This document shows, piece by piece, positions 44,865 to 57,674 of a stretch of DNA of 64,000 nucleotides. This DNA is from Novakomyces olei. Its lineage: Eukaryota. Made by a program: the position numbers and the translations under genes. Below the pieces are notes generated by a model, which was not told the origin of the DNA, searched no databases, and saw only the letters and a list, made by a program, of their open reading frames with translations. Positions within the stretch are counted from its first letter, which is position 1; the number at the start of each line of letters is the position of its first letter. The DNA lies in assembly GCA_016906335.1 (NCBI GenBank), contig JADEYG010000009.1, positions 868,001-932,000 on the forward strand, written 5' to 3'.

Positions 44865-46662
44865 CTAAGGCAGATACTTGTAAGGGGAAAGAATACCCTT
44901 GGGATCGAACAGCGCCTTGACCCGTTTCATGTACTCTATCATTTCAGGCGACTTTGAGAAATGCAGATAAGGCCGCTTGAGCAAGCCCAAGCCGTGCTCT
45001 GCAGAGATACTTCCGTGCCGTTTAGCCACCCATTCAAAAACCCAAGGCTCTAGGGCCTTTTCCACAGTTTTGTCGTAGCGTCGAACAGGAACATTCAGGT
45101 GGATATTTCCATCGCCAACATGCCCATAGCCAACAACGTCCACTACAGGATGCTCAGAGTCTTGGCCGATCAAGTTTTTGTCAGCAAGCCGTTCACGCGT
45201 CTCGTCAACGATTTTGTACAAGTCTTCCAGAGGCAGGCTTAGATCGTACTTGTAAGTGCCCCCGTCTTTACCCAAACACTCGGTAATTGACTCGCGGCAG
45301 GACCACAAGTTTTTGATCTGTGTCTCGTCTTGAGCAACGACTCCATCCGCAATTATTCCATTCTCCAAAAGCTCTTCCAGTAATCCAGTCAGCTTTTCGT
45401 CATCATGATCTTTGTTGCTGCCTGAAGTTTCGATTAGGCAAAAGAACGGGTACTCGCCGTCAATAGGGTGGTCAACGGCCCCGTGTTTCTTTACAATATC
45501 TTGAGTACGGCCGTCCATTAGCTCAAAGGCGGACAGAATCTCACCCAGCCTTTGTTTGGTAAGGGTGAAGGCTTTCAGAACATTTTCGTACTTCTCAACA
45601 GCTAAAAAGGCAACATTAATGGCGGACGAGCGTTGAGGACACAGAATGGAGACTCCGGTAATAATGCCAATAGTGCCCTCGCTGCCAATAAAAAGCTGCT
45701 TCAAATCGAACCCGGTATTGTCCTTGCGAAGAGTGGAAAGATTATGCAGTACACTACCATCAGCAAGAACGACTTCCAGTCCCAAGACAGATCCATGAAG
45801 AGATCCGTAGCGCAAAAGACGTAGACCTCCAGCGGCAGTAGCTACATTGCCTCCAATCTGACAACTGCCCTTGGCTCCCAAGTCAAGAGGGAAAATATGA
45901 TCGTGCTCTGCCAGGAAGGTGTCCACAGCCTCCAGAATACAACCGGCATCGGCAACAAGAGCGCCGGAGACGGGGTTAAAGGAGCGAATACTGTTCATGT
46001 TTTGCAGGTTAATCACAACTTCATCAAACACGGGCGTCGAACCACCGACAAGTCCGGTATTTCCGCCTTGTGGTACGATTGCAATGCTCTGGTCATTGCA
46101 GTACTTTACAATCTGCTGTACCTGTCCCGTCGATCTCGGCTTCAAAGCAACAGTAGACTTGCCCTGGAACTTGCGCATCCAATCCGTATTGTACGCCTCC
46201 AGATCTTGGGCATCCAGGACAATGCCATTAGGGTCGACAATGGAGGTGAAATGTTCAATGTCAGAAGGCGTAAGCTAAGAATTAGCAATTTGTGTCTTGA
46301 CCAGACTTTGAGAATGGAGTTTAACGAATTAGACAGACCAACAGAAAAGAACATTTTAAATATTTAATTATAAAATTATAAAAATATAAGAATATTGAAT
46401 AAAATTAAATTGAAAAAGTATAGGCGACTACCTTTTTGAAACGCGGATCGCGTTTGATTTCCGGGTAAGAATCGCTCGTGTATTTCACGGCACGAGCAGT
46501 CGTGGTAGCCGAGAAGCATCGCAGTCCAAGCCGGGGTTTAATGCCACGGTAACTGACCGGACCAAGGAGCACAGGCGCCGCTGCTTTCCGCAAGGGTTTT
46601 GCAGTGCTGGCGCTATTACAGCGATAGCAGGCTCTTAAGGCCGCTACACAGGACCGCGCCAT
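44865..46662 (-). CDS. DLD2: Mitochondrial FAD-linked D-2-hydroxyglutarate/D-lactate dehydrogenase
   Basis: Arg-rich presequence MARSCVAALR...; intron 46431-46275. PQGGNTGLVGGS, PLDLGAKGSC, LRKDNTG, GHVGDGNIH, SISAEHGLG. Confidence 0.92.
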
Positions 46663-46928
46663 CCAGAGCCAGTCTAAATACTTTTGCTGGTGCTTTAGTT
46701 TTCGAGACGTGGGATGAAAATGCTCATTAGGCAGATAAATACTGTGCAAATTGTATACTTTTGCAAAAATCTATTGTATTTTATATGTGGTTTAACTGGA
46801 AACTCGACACCAATATCGTACTTAGTCTGGCGGCCATAATCTTTATTGTATGAAACTGTACATACATATTGTAATTGATTTATTGCTTAACTGTGCACTG
46901 AAACTATCTATACATTTTATAACCTCTT

Positions 46929-47060
46929 TAATATTCCTGTAGTATTCCCGTAATTCCTGTATTATTCCTCCAATATCTGTAATATTCCTGTAATATTCCT
47001 GTAGTATTCCCGTAATTCCTGTATTATTCCTCCAATATCTGTAATATTCCTGTAGTATTC
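46929..47060. repeat. Higher-order repeat: ~11-bp TAATATTCCTG units organised in a ~62-bp duplication
   Basis: TAATATTCCTGTAGTATTCCCGTAATTCCTGTATTATTCCTCCAATATCTG occurs twice, with flanking partial units. Confidence 0.9.
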
Positions 47061-47199
47061 TTGTCTTATTACGCTATACTCGACTATACTGCAAAAGAAT
47101 GTCGCCCGTATATTAACATTTGTCCACTATACATTATTCATAGTGCGTATCAGCCGCAGAGTGTACACGTACGTGAGCGCAACCTGATTTAATTAGCAC

Positions 47200-47208
47200 T
47201 TTGCCACT
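47200..47208 (-). promoter_or_regulatory. PACE-like (Rpn4-type) element AGTGGCAAA upstream of proteasome gene
   Basis: TTTGCCACT on + strand, ~50 bp upstream of PRE6 ATG; matches RGTGGCAAA. Confidence 0.55.
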
Positions 47209-47255
47209 GTTTCGCGAGTCACTTTGAACAGCAGCGTTGCACTTTCTCTGCCGCA

Positions 47256-48273
47256 ATGTCGGGGTACGACCGCGCGCTATCCGTGTTTTCGCCCGATGGA
47301 AGGTAAGTGATGACGAATTGCCATAGTCAGAGGATCTTGTTGCGTAAGCGACTAACACGCTGCAGATTATTGCAAGTTGAGTATGGATTAGAGGCAGTAA
47401 AGCGAGGAACGACAGCGGTAAGGCAATGCGTCGGTTTTTTTAATGTGATTCTTATTCCAGGTTGGTGTGCGAGGAAAGACGGTGGCCGTCCTCGGAGTGG
47501 AAAAGAAATCGGCACTCAAACTGCAGAATCTGCGCACAATGAGAAAGATTGCCGTAGTGGACGACCACGTTTGTTTAGCTTTTGCCGGGCTTAATGCAGA
47601 TGCACGTGTGCTTATTGATCGGGCTCGTGTAGAGGCGCAGAGCCATAAGCTTTCGCTGGAAGATCCGTGCTCTGTGGAGTACATAACGAAATATATTGCA
47701 GGCGTACAACAGCGCTATACTCAGGCAGGAGGAGTTCGGCCGTTTGGTGTCTCGACGCTCATTGTGGGGTTCGATCCTAATGACGCCACACCTCGCCTGT
47801 ACCAAACGGAACCAGCTGGAATCTACAGCGCATGGAAGGCTAATGCTATCGGCCGGTCGAACAAGACTGTCCGCGAGTTTCTGGAGAAGAATTACCGCGA
47901 TGATCTGGACAGGGACGAGGCTATTCGTCTTGCTATTCGCAGCCTTCTTGAGGTTGTGCAGACGGGCGCAAAGAATATAGAAATTGCCGTCATGGATCCC
48001 GATAAACCTATGGAGGTATGGCGTTGACGAGAAGATATATTTCAAGAAAGACAAGGAAAAAGGAAAACAAAAGGCACTAGAAATAGCCACGAAGCAATTA
48101 CTATTGTCCAATATTGTCCATTCCCAGGTACTAACATTTAGGTGCTTGATCTTGACACTATCGAGGCTATTGTAAAGTCTATCAATGACGAAAAAGAAGC
48201 CGAGTCAGCAAGCCGGCAGAGCGCACGCACTGGTGCTCTTGGAACGAATACGCCAACGACGTCTTCATCATAA
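47256..48273 (+). CDS. PRE6: 20S proteasome subunit alpha-4, 4 exons
   Basis: [55 protein letters not shown]. Introns 47303-47365, 47418-47460, 48016-48141. Confidence 0.96.
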
Positions 48274-48656
48274 GAGGAAATCTCTGTAATTTAATCCTAA
48301 TTTCACCTATTTCTAATCTCCGTCAAAGGACGCGTGGAATGTAGATATTCAATTGGCAATTAATAGAGTCAGAGAACTTAGGGTTGCGTAACCTTTAATT
48401 ACCGATTTCGCCAATTATTACTTGCGTCATCAATGGAAGCAGCACAAGCCTAAACAAACAAAACAAACCAAAAATTAAAATAAAATAAAAATAAAAATAA
48501 ATAAATAAAAAAAATAAAAAGCCTTGATTCAGGCATCTATAAATTTTCCTTTGGCGCCAGAATACATATACGATAAATAACTGTCCACTGGTTCTATTAC
48601 AGACGGTTTAAATACTATTAGCATTCACAGCTTTGTGAGTTTTAATGTCTATTGTA

Positions 48657-49169
48657 TCATCCAATTTTACCCAGCAGTTCATCCTCCTCCTCAGGAGTGA
48701 TAATTAGCTGGTTCCGTTGAGAATCTACTTTTGCCCCAATTTGTTCCGCAAGAATTCTGCATTGTTCTCTTAGTTTTATTTCGAATGCTCAAGTTCTTAC
48801 CTCGGATCTTGCGGCCGGTCTGGTGCTTGTGTCCCACCAGCACGCGTTCCCGGCGTTTGTGCCGGTAGAATAAATTGATTGTCGCAACTTGACGTTAAAA
48901 TTATCCAATAAATTCCAAAAATATTATATTGCCTCGATAAAGGTAAAAGGCAAAACTTACTGTGGACAAAATTCGGCTGCTTCGTCCTCCACGAAATCCT
49001 CAACATTACGACGAAACGCTTTCCGGCACTTTTTGCATACAAACGAAAGTTCGTCACGTTTTAAAAGTGGATGGTCAGAAACTTCAGCATGGCATTCAGG
49101 GCAGTCGAAAAAGCGTCTACAGCAAGGCGCCCGAATTGCCACTTGGGCGTTTATCACATGCTTGCACAT
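48657..49169 (-). CDS. Small CHY-type zinc-finger protein, 3 exons
   Basis: MCKHVINAQVAIRAPCCRRFFDCPECH...CKKCRKAF...FCPHCDN. Introns 48960-48888 and 48800-48757; TGA at 48659-48657. Confidence 0.85.
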
Positions 49170-49528
49170 GGAAACTTGCTGGTAAAGCAGAATAAAAGCC
49201 GACCGCGTCTGCAGTTATCCAACTGTTTAATTATAGCTTGAGGACTGCGCGTATTTAGGATTAGTATCACATAATATAAATTAATATAAATTAATATAAA
49301 TTATATAATTAATTAATTTTTATGAATTAAAGCAAAATATATAATGCAAAATAAGGATGATGATAATGAACTCCACTATTAATAATAACAATGATAAACA
49401 GTTTAAACAAATCTAATTATTAAGCTAAAGGCATTGGAGTACGAGATCAATCCAAACCGAGACAATAAACATGGCCAGTCCCATAAAATTTTAAACTAGT
49501 TATCTGCTACCAAGCTATGTGCTTCCAA

Positions 49529-51336
49529 TTAATCTCTGCGTGCGCGTTTCGCACTGTGATCCTCGCTCTCCCGTTCGTCCACGACAGTGGCCAAAAACGC
49601 GTCAGTTCCAAAAGGATCAGCTTCGTCCTTTTCAAAAATAACTGGCCCTGATCTCGTAGCAGTCCCAACGGCTTCTTCTTCTCCCGCCGCCAGTCCACGT
49701 CTACCACGTCCAAGCGCGTCACCAAACCGATCGCCACGTGTAGCTCGTTCCAGTTCCGCGTCCTCATCAATATCTTCCTGGCCCAGTCTAGCTGATGGAT
49801 TATAGATATGCTCTGCTACCGACTGATTCCATGGCTGGTCATAAACGGCATAAGCATCTTCGTCCCGGAACCCAGAATCAAGGCCGCCAGTTTGGTTAAA
49901 TAGCCTGGCGTCATACATACTGTCCTTTGAAGCCGAAGGTTTAGCCAGTCCAAGAGCAATTTTTTCCGATATATCCCGACCTTGTTCCCGGGCCATCACT
50001 TTGAGCCGCTGCTCGTGCCCCATATGGCTCAGGCGCATATTACGCTCAGTTTGCTGACGACGTTCGCGACGCAGAGCTTCACGTTCCCGTGCTGCTTCCA
50101 GAGCAGAGGAAGAATCTGCCTCTGAGTCTGATCCAGATTCTGATGGGGCACGTCTTTCCTCAGAGCCAAATTGCCTTCTTGGAGGAGTAGCACTCGACAC
50201 TGAACTGCCCCCGGCCACAGATCCATCGTCCGAGTCTGGTGTAGCTGATCTCCGTCTTTGAGCAGCGCTTGCCGACCTGTTTTCCCTGGCCTTTTGTGCA
50301 AGTAACCTTAAATGTTCTTCTTTTTCCTGCTTTTCCTTTTGTGCTACCTTTTGCTGCATTAAAGACCGCTGTTTAACCTCTTCACGAGCATGCCTGTCTG
50401 CCATAAACAGGGCCTCGCTGAAAGCTGCAAATCTATCGTTTATCTGTACATCCTGCATATCTCGGCCATCAGCAGCCAACCGTTTATCCAGTGGAACAGT
50501 ATAGCCATTAGGGTTTTTCCAGTTGGAAACGGCTGGGGGAATAGTCCAGTCCTGCTGGTCTTGAGCTGTAAGCTTACGTGGAGGAGAATGCAGGACTGGT
50601 GGAGGCGGTGACCCTGGTTCACGCGGTACTTTACGCGCTCTAAACTTTGGTGGCTCCATCGGATCAGACTGCCGATCCATCATTTTTATCACTCTCTGGC
50701 CGTGCGTGCCCGCCGAGGACTCCCCCATCTGGTTCGCGGGCGTGTAACGTACAAAAGTAGCCTCCCGTCTTTGTGTAACATTGACATTCTTGGGCTGAGT
50801 GGCTGCCAGTCTCCCAGACACCAACTTGTCAAGAGCCTGTCTCGTCCTTTCTGCCGTACTGACCGCCGTCTCCTCGCTCGGCTTTGCAAAATCGAGTTCT
50901 TGGCTTGTTCTGTTACGCAGTGGAACCGTGTCCTGGAAGCTCGACTGTACTAGTCTGCCTTCGTAGTGGCCCTGACGAGCGATCGCATCGTACCGAATTT
51001 TGCCTTGCGCATCTACCTGCAAAGTGAGAGATTTAGAGGTCGCAGTACTGCCTCCCCGGCCCATTTCTCGAGGGTACTGGGCGATATTGACCTCGGGAAA
51101 AGCACCGCCGTCCCCATAGTCCTCCTGCCGACGAGGAATCCAGCCTGAGCGGCGTCCGTACGGCGGAGCAGTACTGCGCTTGGAAGCTATTTGATCTTGT
51201 GGATCTGTATCGCCTTCGTCATTGCCTTGCGCAGAGGTTTCACGAAATTTTGGGTTTGGCAGTATCCTGAATGTTTAGTCCACACACGGCTCGAAATAAT
51301 ATCTGAAACTTACCGCGCCAGTGAAGCAGACGCCAT
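49529..51336 (-). CDS. PRP45: Pre-mRNA splicing factor Prp45/SKIP (SNW domain)
   Basis: DPMEPPKF, PPPVLHSPPRKLT, WTIPPAVSNWKNPNGYTVPLDKRLAADGR, RDISEKIALG. Intron 51313-51267. Confidence 0.95.
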
Positions 51337-52339
51337 GATAAAGCTGGATGCCGTGCACAGCGCTGTGAATGTATGATAATGTTTTCGATATTATTATTTA
51401 TTATTTATTATAAGTTAATTATTATTCAATTGGTATATATTAATTGATTATTCATTTTTTAATTATTGATAAACTAATTATTTCATTTCATTTTTAATTT
51501 ATTATTCTATTATATTTCAGTGTTTAATGTATTATTACTGCCCTCTGTAAAACATATAATATACTACTTTTTCGTTTTGTTTGGTGTATAGTCTTTGCCT
51601 TTATAATTCACAATATTCATACGTTCTCGGTTCCAGGTTTTTGTTATAGTCATCCATCGCTAATACCAGTTTTACCAGACTTAAACAAAATGTTCTTACC
51701 CTTACAAGCCTAAAAGTGTTTGATGAACGGCAATGCTCGGATTTGACTACTTTGAACATATGCGCGCGCAGTACTTTGTGTAGTGTGTACGATTTCTACA
51801 CAATATTGTTCTTTTTGTCAATAATTTGCGTTTAGGCTCACTCAGCTATAGCGCAGACATATATAGGTCGTCCACCAATGTATAAAGTCACCATATATAT
51901 AATCGTATTACTGCGAGCATGCCACCTTATGATTATAATTTATGTATGTCATAACTGCGGCAGGGATCAAATTTTGGTATATACATACCGTCATTAGGCA
52001 GACTAATTATCTCGAAACAGCGGGCCATTATTACCGGTACGGAGGACGGCATTGACGCGTATAAAGATCAGCAAATCTGACGGCTCAACAGAGTTGCCTT
52101 AAACCCTAAACTCTTGCCGTTTTACCGCTGTGATTACTGGTTCCAATTGGGCCCCGGAGCTCCGTTTTGTTTTGAATCCAGAGGAAGCAAATTAATAGAA
52201 AAGCAAGTTCAAAGCAAAGAGCAGCAGGTGTATCAGCTTGGAAGGATAGCTCTACGAACAGGTACAGAGTGCTTTACCCCAGACTGCTTTTTCCAAGAGC
52301 CCAGTGCGTACAGTTTTCTGGCTCTGGCTTTTTGTCTAG

Positions 52340-55300
52340 ATGAGCCAAGAAGACTCGGTCCGAAGGGCCGCTGAGGCGCCTCATGAGAACGGAAATGTAC
52401 CGCTCAACGGCAATAAAGGCTCTGGCGGCGGAGACGTGCTGAGCGCTTTTGAGCCGGATGCCATAAAGCCGTCTGTTGTTCAGGGTGTTCCCCGTACATC
52501 TTTGAATAGTGATTCTATGGACGTTGACGAAGCACATGAAGCGCCTTTGCTCGCTACCGATGGTAAGATTGCTACCTTAATTGCAAGCAGCTTTTAACAA
52601 ATATTATAGTCGAAGGCCTGAAAGCCAAATTCATGACAAACCGTGATCTGGAGGAGGACGCTTGCGGAGTCAGCACGTGGCACGTAACGGATTTCGGAAA
52701 ATTGGAAAGCAAAACTCACGGGCCCGAGTTTCAACTGTTTGGGTACCGTTGGCGGATCTTGCTTTTCCCCTTTGGCTGCCAGCAAAAAGAATCAACATCG
52801 ATTTTCCTCGAATGCTGCGGACCCGTCGGATACGAAGCTCCTGAAGACGGTCAGCCAGCTACTTACCCTCATATTACTGCCGATTTTATTCTTATTCTGA
52901 GTAACGCTCACGACCCCAGTGTCTTTGAGGCTAAATACGCGCATCAGCGTTTCACTCCCCGGCAGACAGACTGGGGATTTGTTCGATTCTACGAGATTCG
53001 TCGCCTTACGCAATCCGCTCCCGGAAAATCCGGGCCTCCGATCCTGGAGAATGGCGAATGCAACATCTCTGTCATTGTTCGTAAAGTCAAAGACCCGACT
53101 GGAGTGTTATGGCATGATTTTGAGGATTATGATTCGAAAAAAGAGACGGGTTACATTGGACTTAAAAACCAAGGAGCGACATGCTACATGAACTCTTTGC
53201 TGCAAAGCTTATGGATCACTGCACCGTTCCGCAAAGCCGTTTTCAAGATTCCAACACAGAATGATCAGCCTACGGACAGTATTGCTTACGCGCTGCAACG
53301 GATCTTTTACAATTTGTTCCGTGACAGCGAGGCAATCGGCACGAATGAGCTAACAAAATCCTTTGGCTGGGACGCTATGGATTCCTTTATGCAGCACGAT
53401 ATTCAAGAGTTTAATCGTGTGCTGCAGGACAGTTTGGAGTCGAAAATGAAAGGCACTGAAGCGGAAGGCGCTCTTTCCAAGATATTTGTGGGCAAGATGA
53501 AAAGCTATATAAAGTGCTTGAACGTGGACTATGAATCCTCGAGAACGGAAGAGTTTTGGGATATCCAATTGAACGTAAAAGGCATGAAAACCCTGCGAGA
53601 TTCGTTTAGAGACTATGTGCAGGTGGAGACGTTGGACGGGGACAATAAATATTTTGCAGAGGGCTATGGTCTTCAGGATGCCAAAAAAGGCGTAATATTT
53701 GAGCAATTCCCGCCTGTACTGCACCTGCAGCTGAAGCGGTTCGAGTACGACATTGAGAGGGATGCGATGGTGAAGATAAACGACCGGTTCGAGTTCCCGT
53801 TGGAGATTAACCTGGAGGAGTTTGTGGATAAAGACTGTGCTCACGCTGAGCCCTACGAATACTGCCTCGCTGGGGTTCTTGTCCACAGTGGCGATTTACA
53901 CGGGGGCCATTACTATGCGCTGCTGAAACCTTCACCCAACGGGCACTGGCTCAAGTTTGACGATGATCGGGTGACAAAAGCAACGGTGAAAGAGGTCCTT
54001 GATGAAAACTATGGCGGAGATCTTCCCTCAGGTGGTCGGCCAATGTCACGTCAGGCGCAGCTGAGGCGGATGATGAACGCCTACATGCTCGTGTACGTAC
54101 AAAAATCGCGTTTGCAAGAGCTTTTGGGAGCCACAGCGGATGCGGATGTACCGCTCTACTTACGGGACCGTATCGACGTTGAGCGGCAGGAGGCAGAGCG
54201 GCAGGCGCAAGAGCTGGCAGAGGCGCACCGTTATATTGTCGTCAAAGTAGTAACGATGCAAGACTTTCAAAAGCATACTGGCTTCGACTATGTACCGCTG
54301 GACGAAGGCACAAGGACAGTGGTTTGCAGCCTGAGCATAAAGGCAGAAAAGCAGCAGACTTTCAAGTCCTTCAAGGCAGCAGTAGCCTCTGCCACCGGTC
54401 TGCCAGTGACACAGTTCCGCTTTTGGCCGCTCGTTAACCGTCAAAACAAGACGCTAAGGGCGGATACGATCCTGGCAGAGGCGTATGAGCAGGAAGCGAT
54501 GACGATGGAGCGGCTGAGGGACCAGTTGAACTCGCGAGTGGATACTATACGGCTTTGGCTCGATGTTGCTCCTGTAGCAGTGCCTGACCCTCAGTACTGG
54601 CCAGCGGCAGTAGAGGAAGGCACTTTAGACTCCTCTACTACTGCTGCTGGCGGAGTGGACGACAGGTTCCTTCTTTTCCTAAAGTACTTTGACTGGGAAT
54701 CCCAGTCGCTGCACGGAGTAAGCACTCTGTACTGCCGTCCTGGCGAGCGAATTGCCGACCTTGTTCCCAGAATCTGCCGGCTTATGCAGTGGCCAGCAGC
54801 TACAGCGATCAAGTTGTTTGAGGAGATCAAGCCGAGTATGGTCGATGAGATTCGGCCCAAGCTCTCCTTCATTAACGCCGAAATATCTACTGGCGATATT
54901 ATCACCTTCCAGCGAGAGTGCCCAGAGTCAGCGGCCGCTGACTTGGCGGCAAGGGACGCTTACGCGTCCACTGTCCAGTACTATGACTTTCTCCAGAACC
55001 GCGTACGCGTCTGCTTCCGGCCGCTGCCTTCTATGGCTCAGACTTCGGCTCCGGAAAGTGTTGCCGGTCCCGAGTTTGAGCGTGTACTAAACTCTAAAAT
55101 GCCCTACGACCGTTTAGCCGCTTCAGTGGCTAAACGTGTCGGCTGCAGTGCCGAGCATGTCCGCTTTGTTACCGCCCACCCGGCAACTCTGCAGCCGGCG
55201 CAGGTGGTCAAGCGTACTGCAGGCGTAACGCTGGCTAATTTACTACAGCCTTCTTACTCTGGAACGATAAACAGTTTCAACAACAACAATATAAACAGCA

Positions 55301-56079
55301 ATATTGGAGGCAATATTGGCAACAACAGCAACAATAATAATAATAACAATTATAGTAGCGTCAATAGCAATAGCAATAGCAGTAGCAATGGGAAGCAGCT
55401 GCCTGCGGGTGTCGTTTACTACGAGGTGATGGAGCTCAGTCTGGCGGAAATGGAGTCGCGCAAAGCTCTGCGTATAGTATTCCTGTCTCACGGGATCAGC
55501 AGGGAGGAGGCAGTTGAAGTTTGGCTGCCAAAGCAGGCGCAGATGCGTGATGCAGTGAGGGCAGTGCTGAAGAAGCTCAAGCTGGAAGGCGCAGACGATG
55601 ATTCTCTGGTCGAGAGGATCCGTCTTTACCAGGTCCACCAGAGCCGTATCCAGTCTGATTTGAGCCTCGACTCCTCTGTGCTCTCTGTGTCGGTCTATAT
55701 GACCCTCTACGCTGAGGAATTGCCTCGTGAAGAGCTGGAGAAAGCGCCGCGTGACCGGGTTGTTAACGTGTTCCATTACAACAGGGAACCGTCAAAGCCT
55801 CACGGGACCCCGTTCAAATTTCTCATCAAGGAGAGGGAAGCGTTTGCGGATACACGGAAACGGCTGCAGGAGCGCACGGGGATTAAGGATACGCTGTTCA
55901 ACAAGATTAAAATTACCTACGTGCCCGCAGACAGGTTCTCTCAGCCACAGCCCTTGGAGGACGACGATGCTGTGCTCTACGATATGATTCGGCAGGACGA
56001 TATGATTGGATTGAACCATGCGGAAAAGACTACTCGCAGATTCGGACCCATGGAAAGAGCCATCCTCATCAAGGGATAG
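52340..56079 (+). CDS. UBP15: Ubiquitin-specific protease USP7/Ubp15 (MATH + USP + UBL repeats)
   Basis: Intron 52563-52609. MATH WRILLFP...DWGF, Cys box GLKNQGATCYMNSLLQ, QHDIQE, His box LVHSGDLHGGHYY, C-terminal AILIKG. Confidence 0.95.
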
Positions 56080-56567
56080 GCAGTAGTTGATTGCTGCTTT
56101 TTCGTTTTTGTTTTGTTTTTATTTTGTTTTATTTTATTTTATTTTTATTTTATCTTATTTTATCTTATTTTATTTTATTTTATTTTATTTTATTTTATTT
56201 ATTTTATGTACTATTTCGTTTATGTTTGTTCATTTTTATTCAAACTATTGGTGCGGGAGGAGGACCCGTGTGCGCGTGGAATCATATAGTGACAGCTAGA
56301 GAACTGGAAAGATGGCCTTACGGGATCATATTGCTTGCAAACAGAGACGTAAAGATTCACATTATTGTGTCCATGTTGTGTATAGAAGGCCATTTATATT
56401 GGTACCAATAGTATACAGGTCAAAATAGCCAAACAGCAACGGCCGCCCGTTTTACTGTGCGTAGTTAAACACTCTACCGAGAAAATTGTACGGCGCAGAT
56501 ACATCTTTGTGAATTATGTATATGTGTAATATCTCAAATGCAGATGCTAAAGTCCCATAAAACCCGG

Positions 56568-57439
56568 TCACACCTTAACAGCCGTGCGACGAGTGAAGAA
56601 AGTGCGAACAATAACTACTTGGAGAGCAGAAAGAGCAATCATCAAAGCAGATCCCACGAGAGAGAACCAAAAAATACGGGACTCGGTTGACCGGACGGTG
56701 GCAAGGTTACGGTTTTCCCGTGTGCGAAAGTATTTCTGACTTCGGGAAATCGAAGTTACCTGACTGGCCAGTTTAAGCAGACTCTCTTCGATTTCCGAGG
56801 TCTTTGCTTGAGGTACGCCTGGTTTGAGAGGCAGTTCGGCACGGGGCTCGTTTTGGAGCTATTGTGACTTGAGCAAATGAATAGCAAATAAATAATAACG
56901 AGACAAGGCCTGTATACCAGTCATAAAGCCTTGTGCTGGTGATAGAAAGAGAAATAATGAAAAGAGAATAATTAAAAAGACAAAATAATAAAAAAGGAGA
57001 CAAAATAAAAAGCGAGAATCAGGTCAAATTTTGTCGAGCTAAAGACTTACTGCAATCTCAAAGTCGACCAGTTTATCCGTCACTGTAGACATCTCATTCG
57101 AGAAGCAAAATTCATATTCTCCCGGCATTACAGCAGAAAAAACAATATCTCGCTGCCGCTCTTTACGCCCGTCCGCGACAATGCCTCCTTGAGGGTCGCG
57201 TACTGTGAAATCAATATCAAAAGCACCGCCTTCTTGCACCTTTTGTACAGTTAGAAATCAATTGATTAGCGATGCCTTACCGCGAAAAAAAAGGCTATTT
57301 TCTCGCCAACTTTATCCGCGTGTGTATAAAAACATGAATGCTCATTTGATCCCACATTATAAGTTAACGCGGTCGCGTATACGCGCACAGCAAACGCGCA
57401 AAGCGAAATTGCTGCACTCGCCACGGCCTTTCCAATCAT
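56568..57439 (-). CDS. p24/EMP24/GOLD family cargo receptor (Erp-type), 3 exons
   Basis: Signal peptide MIGKAVASAAISLCAFAV; GOLD CFY...FAVQEGGAFDID...YEFCFSNEMST; QKYFRTRENRNLATVRSTESRIFWFS; TM helix; VRTFF tail. Confidence 0.9.
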
Positions 57440-57462
57440 GTTTGTGGGTAAAAGCAGTAATC

Positions 57463-57532
57463 AGATATTTATTGATATTTATTGATATTTATTGATATTT
57501 ATTGATATTTATTGATATTTATTGATATTTAT
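57463..57532. repeat. 10-bp tandem repeat (GATATTTATT) ~7 copies in divergent promoter
   Basis: Directly visible. Confidence 0.93.
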
Positions 57533-57674
57533 TCATCATCATCATTATTTATACAGATCTTCTTTGTTTAATCATTAAAGCATGCTACTGTATGAGCTAT
57601 TAGCTGTGTGAGCTCGTAAACATGTTTGCTGGCCGAGACGTCTTTGATTGAGCGAGTGCAGCTGCTCTTGCAGT

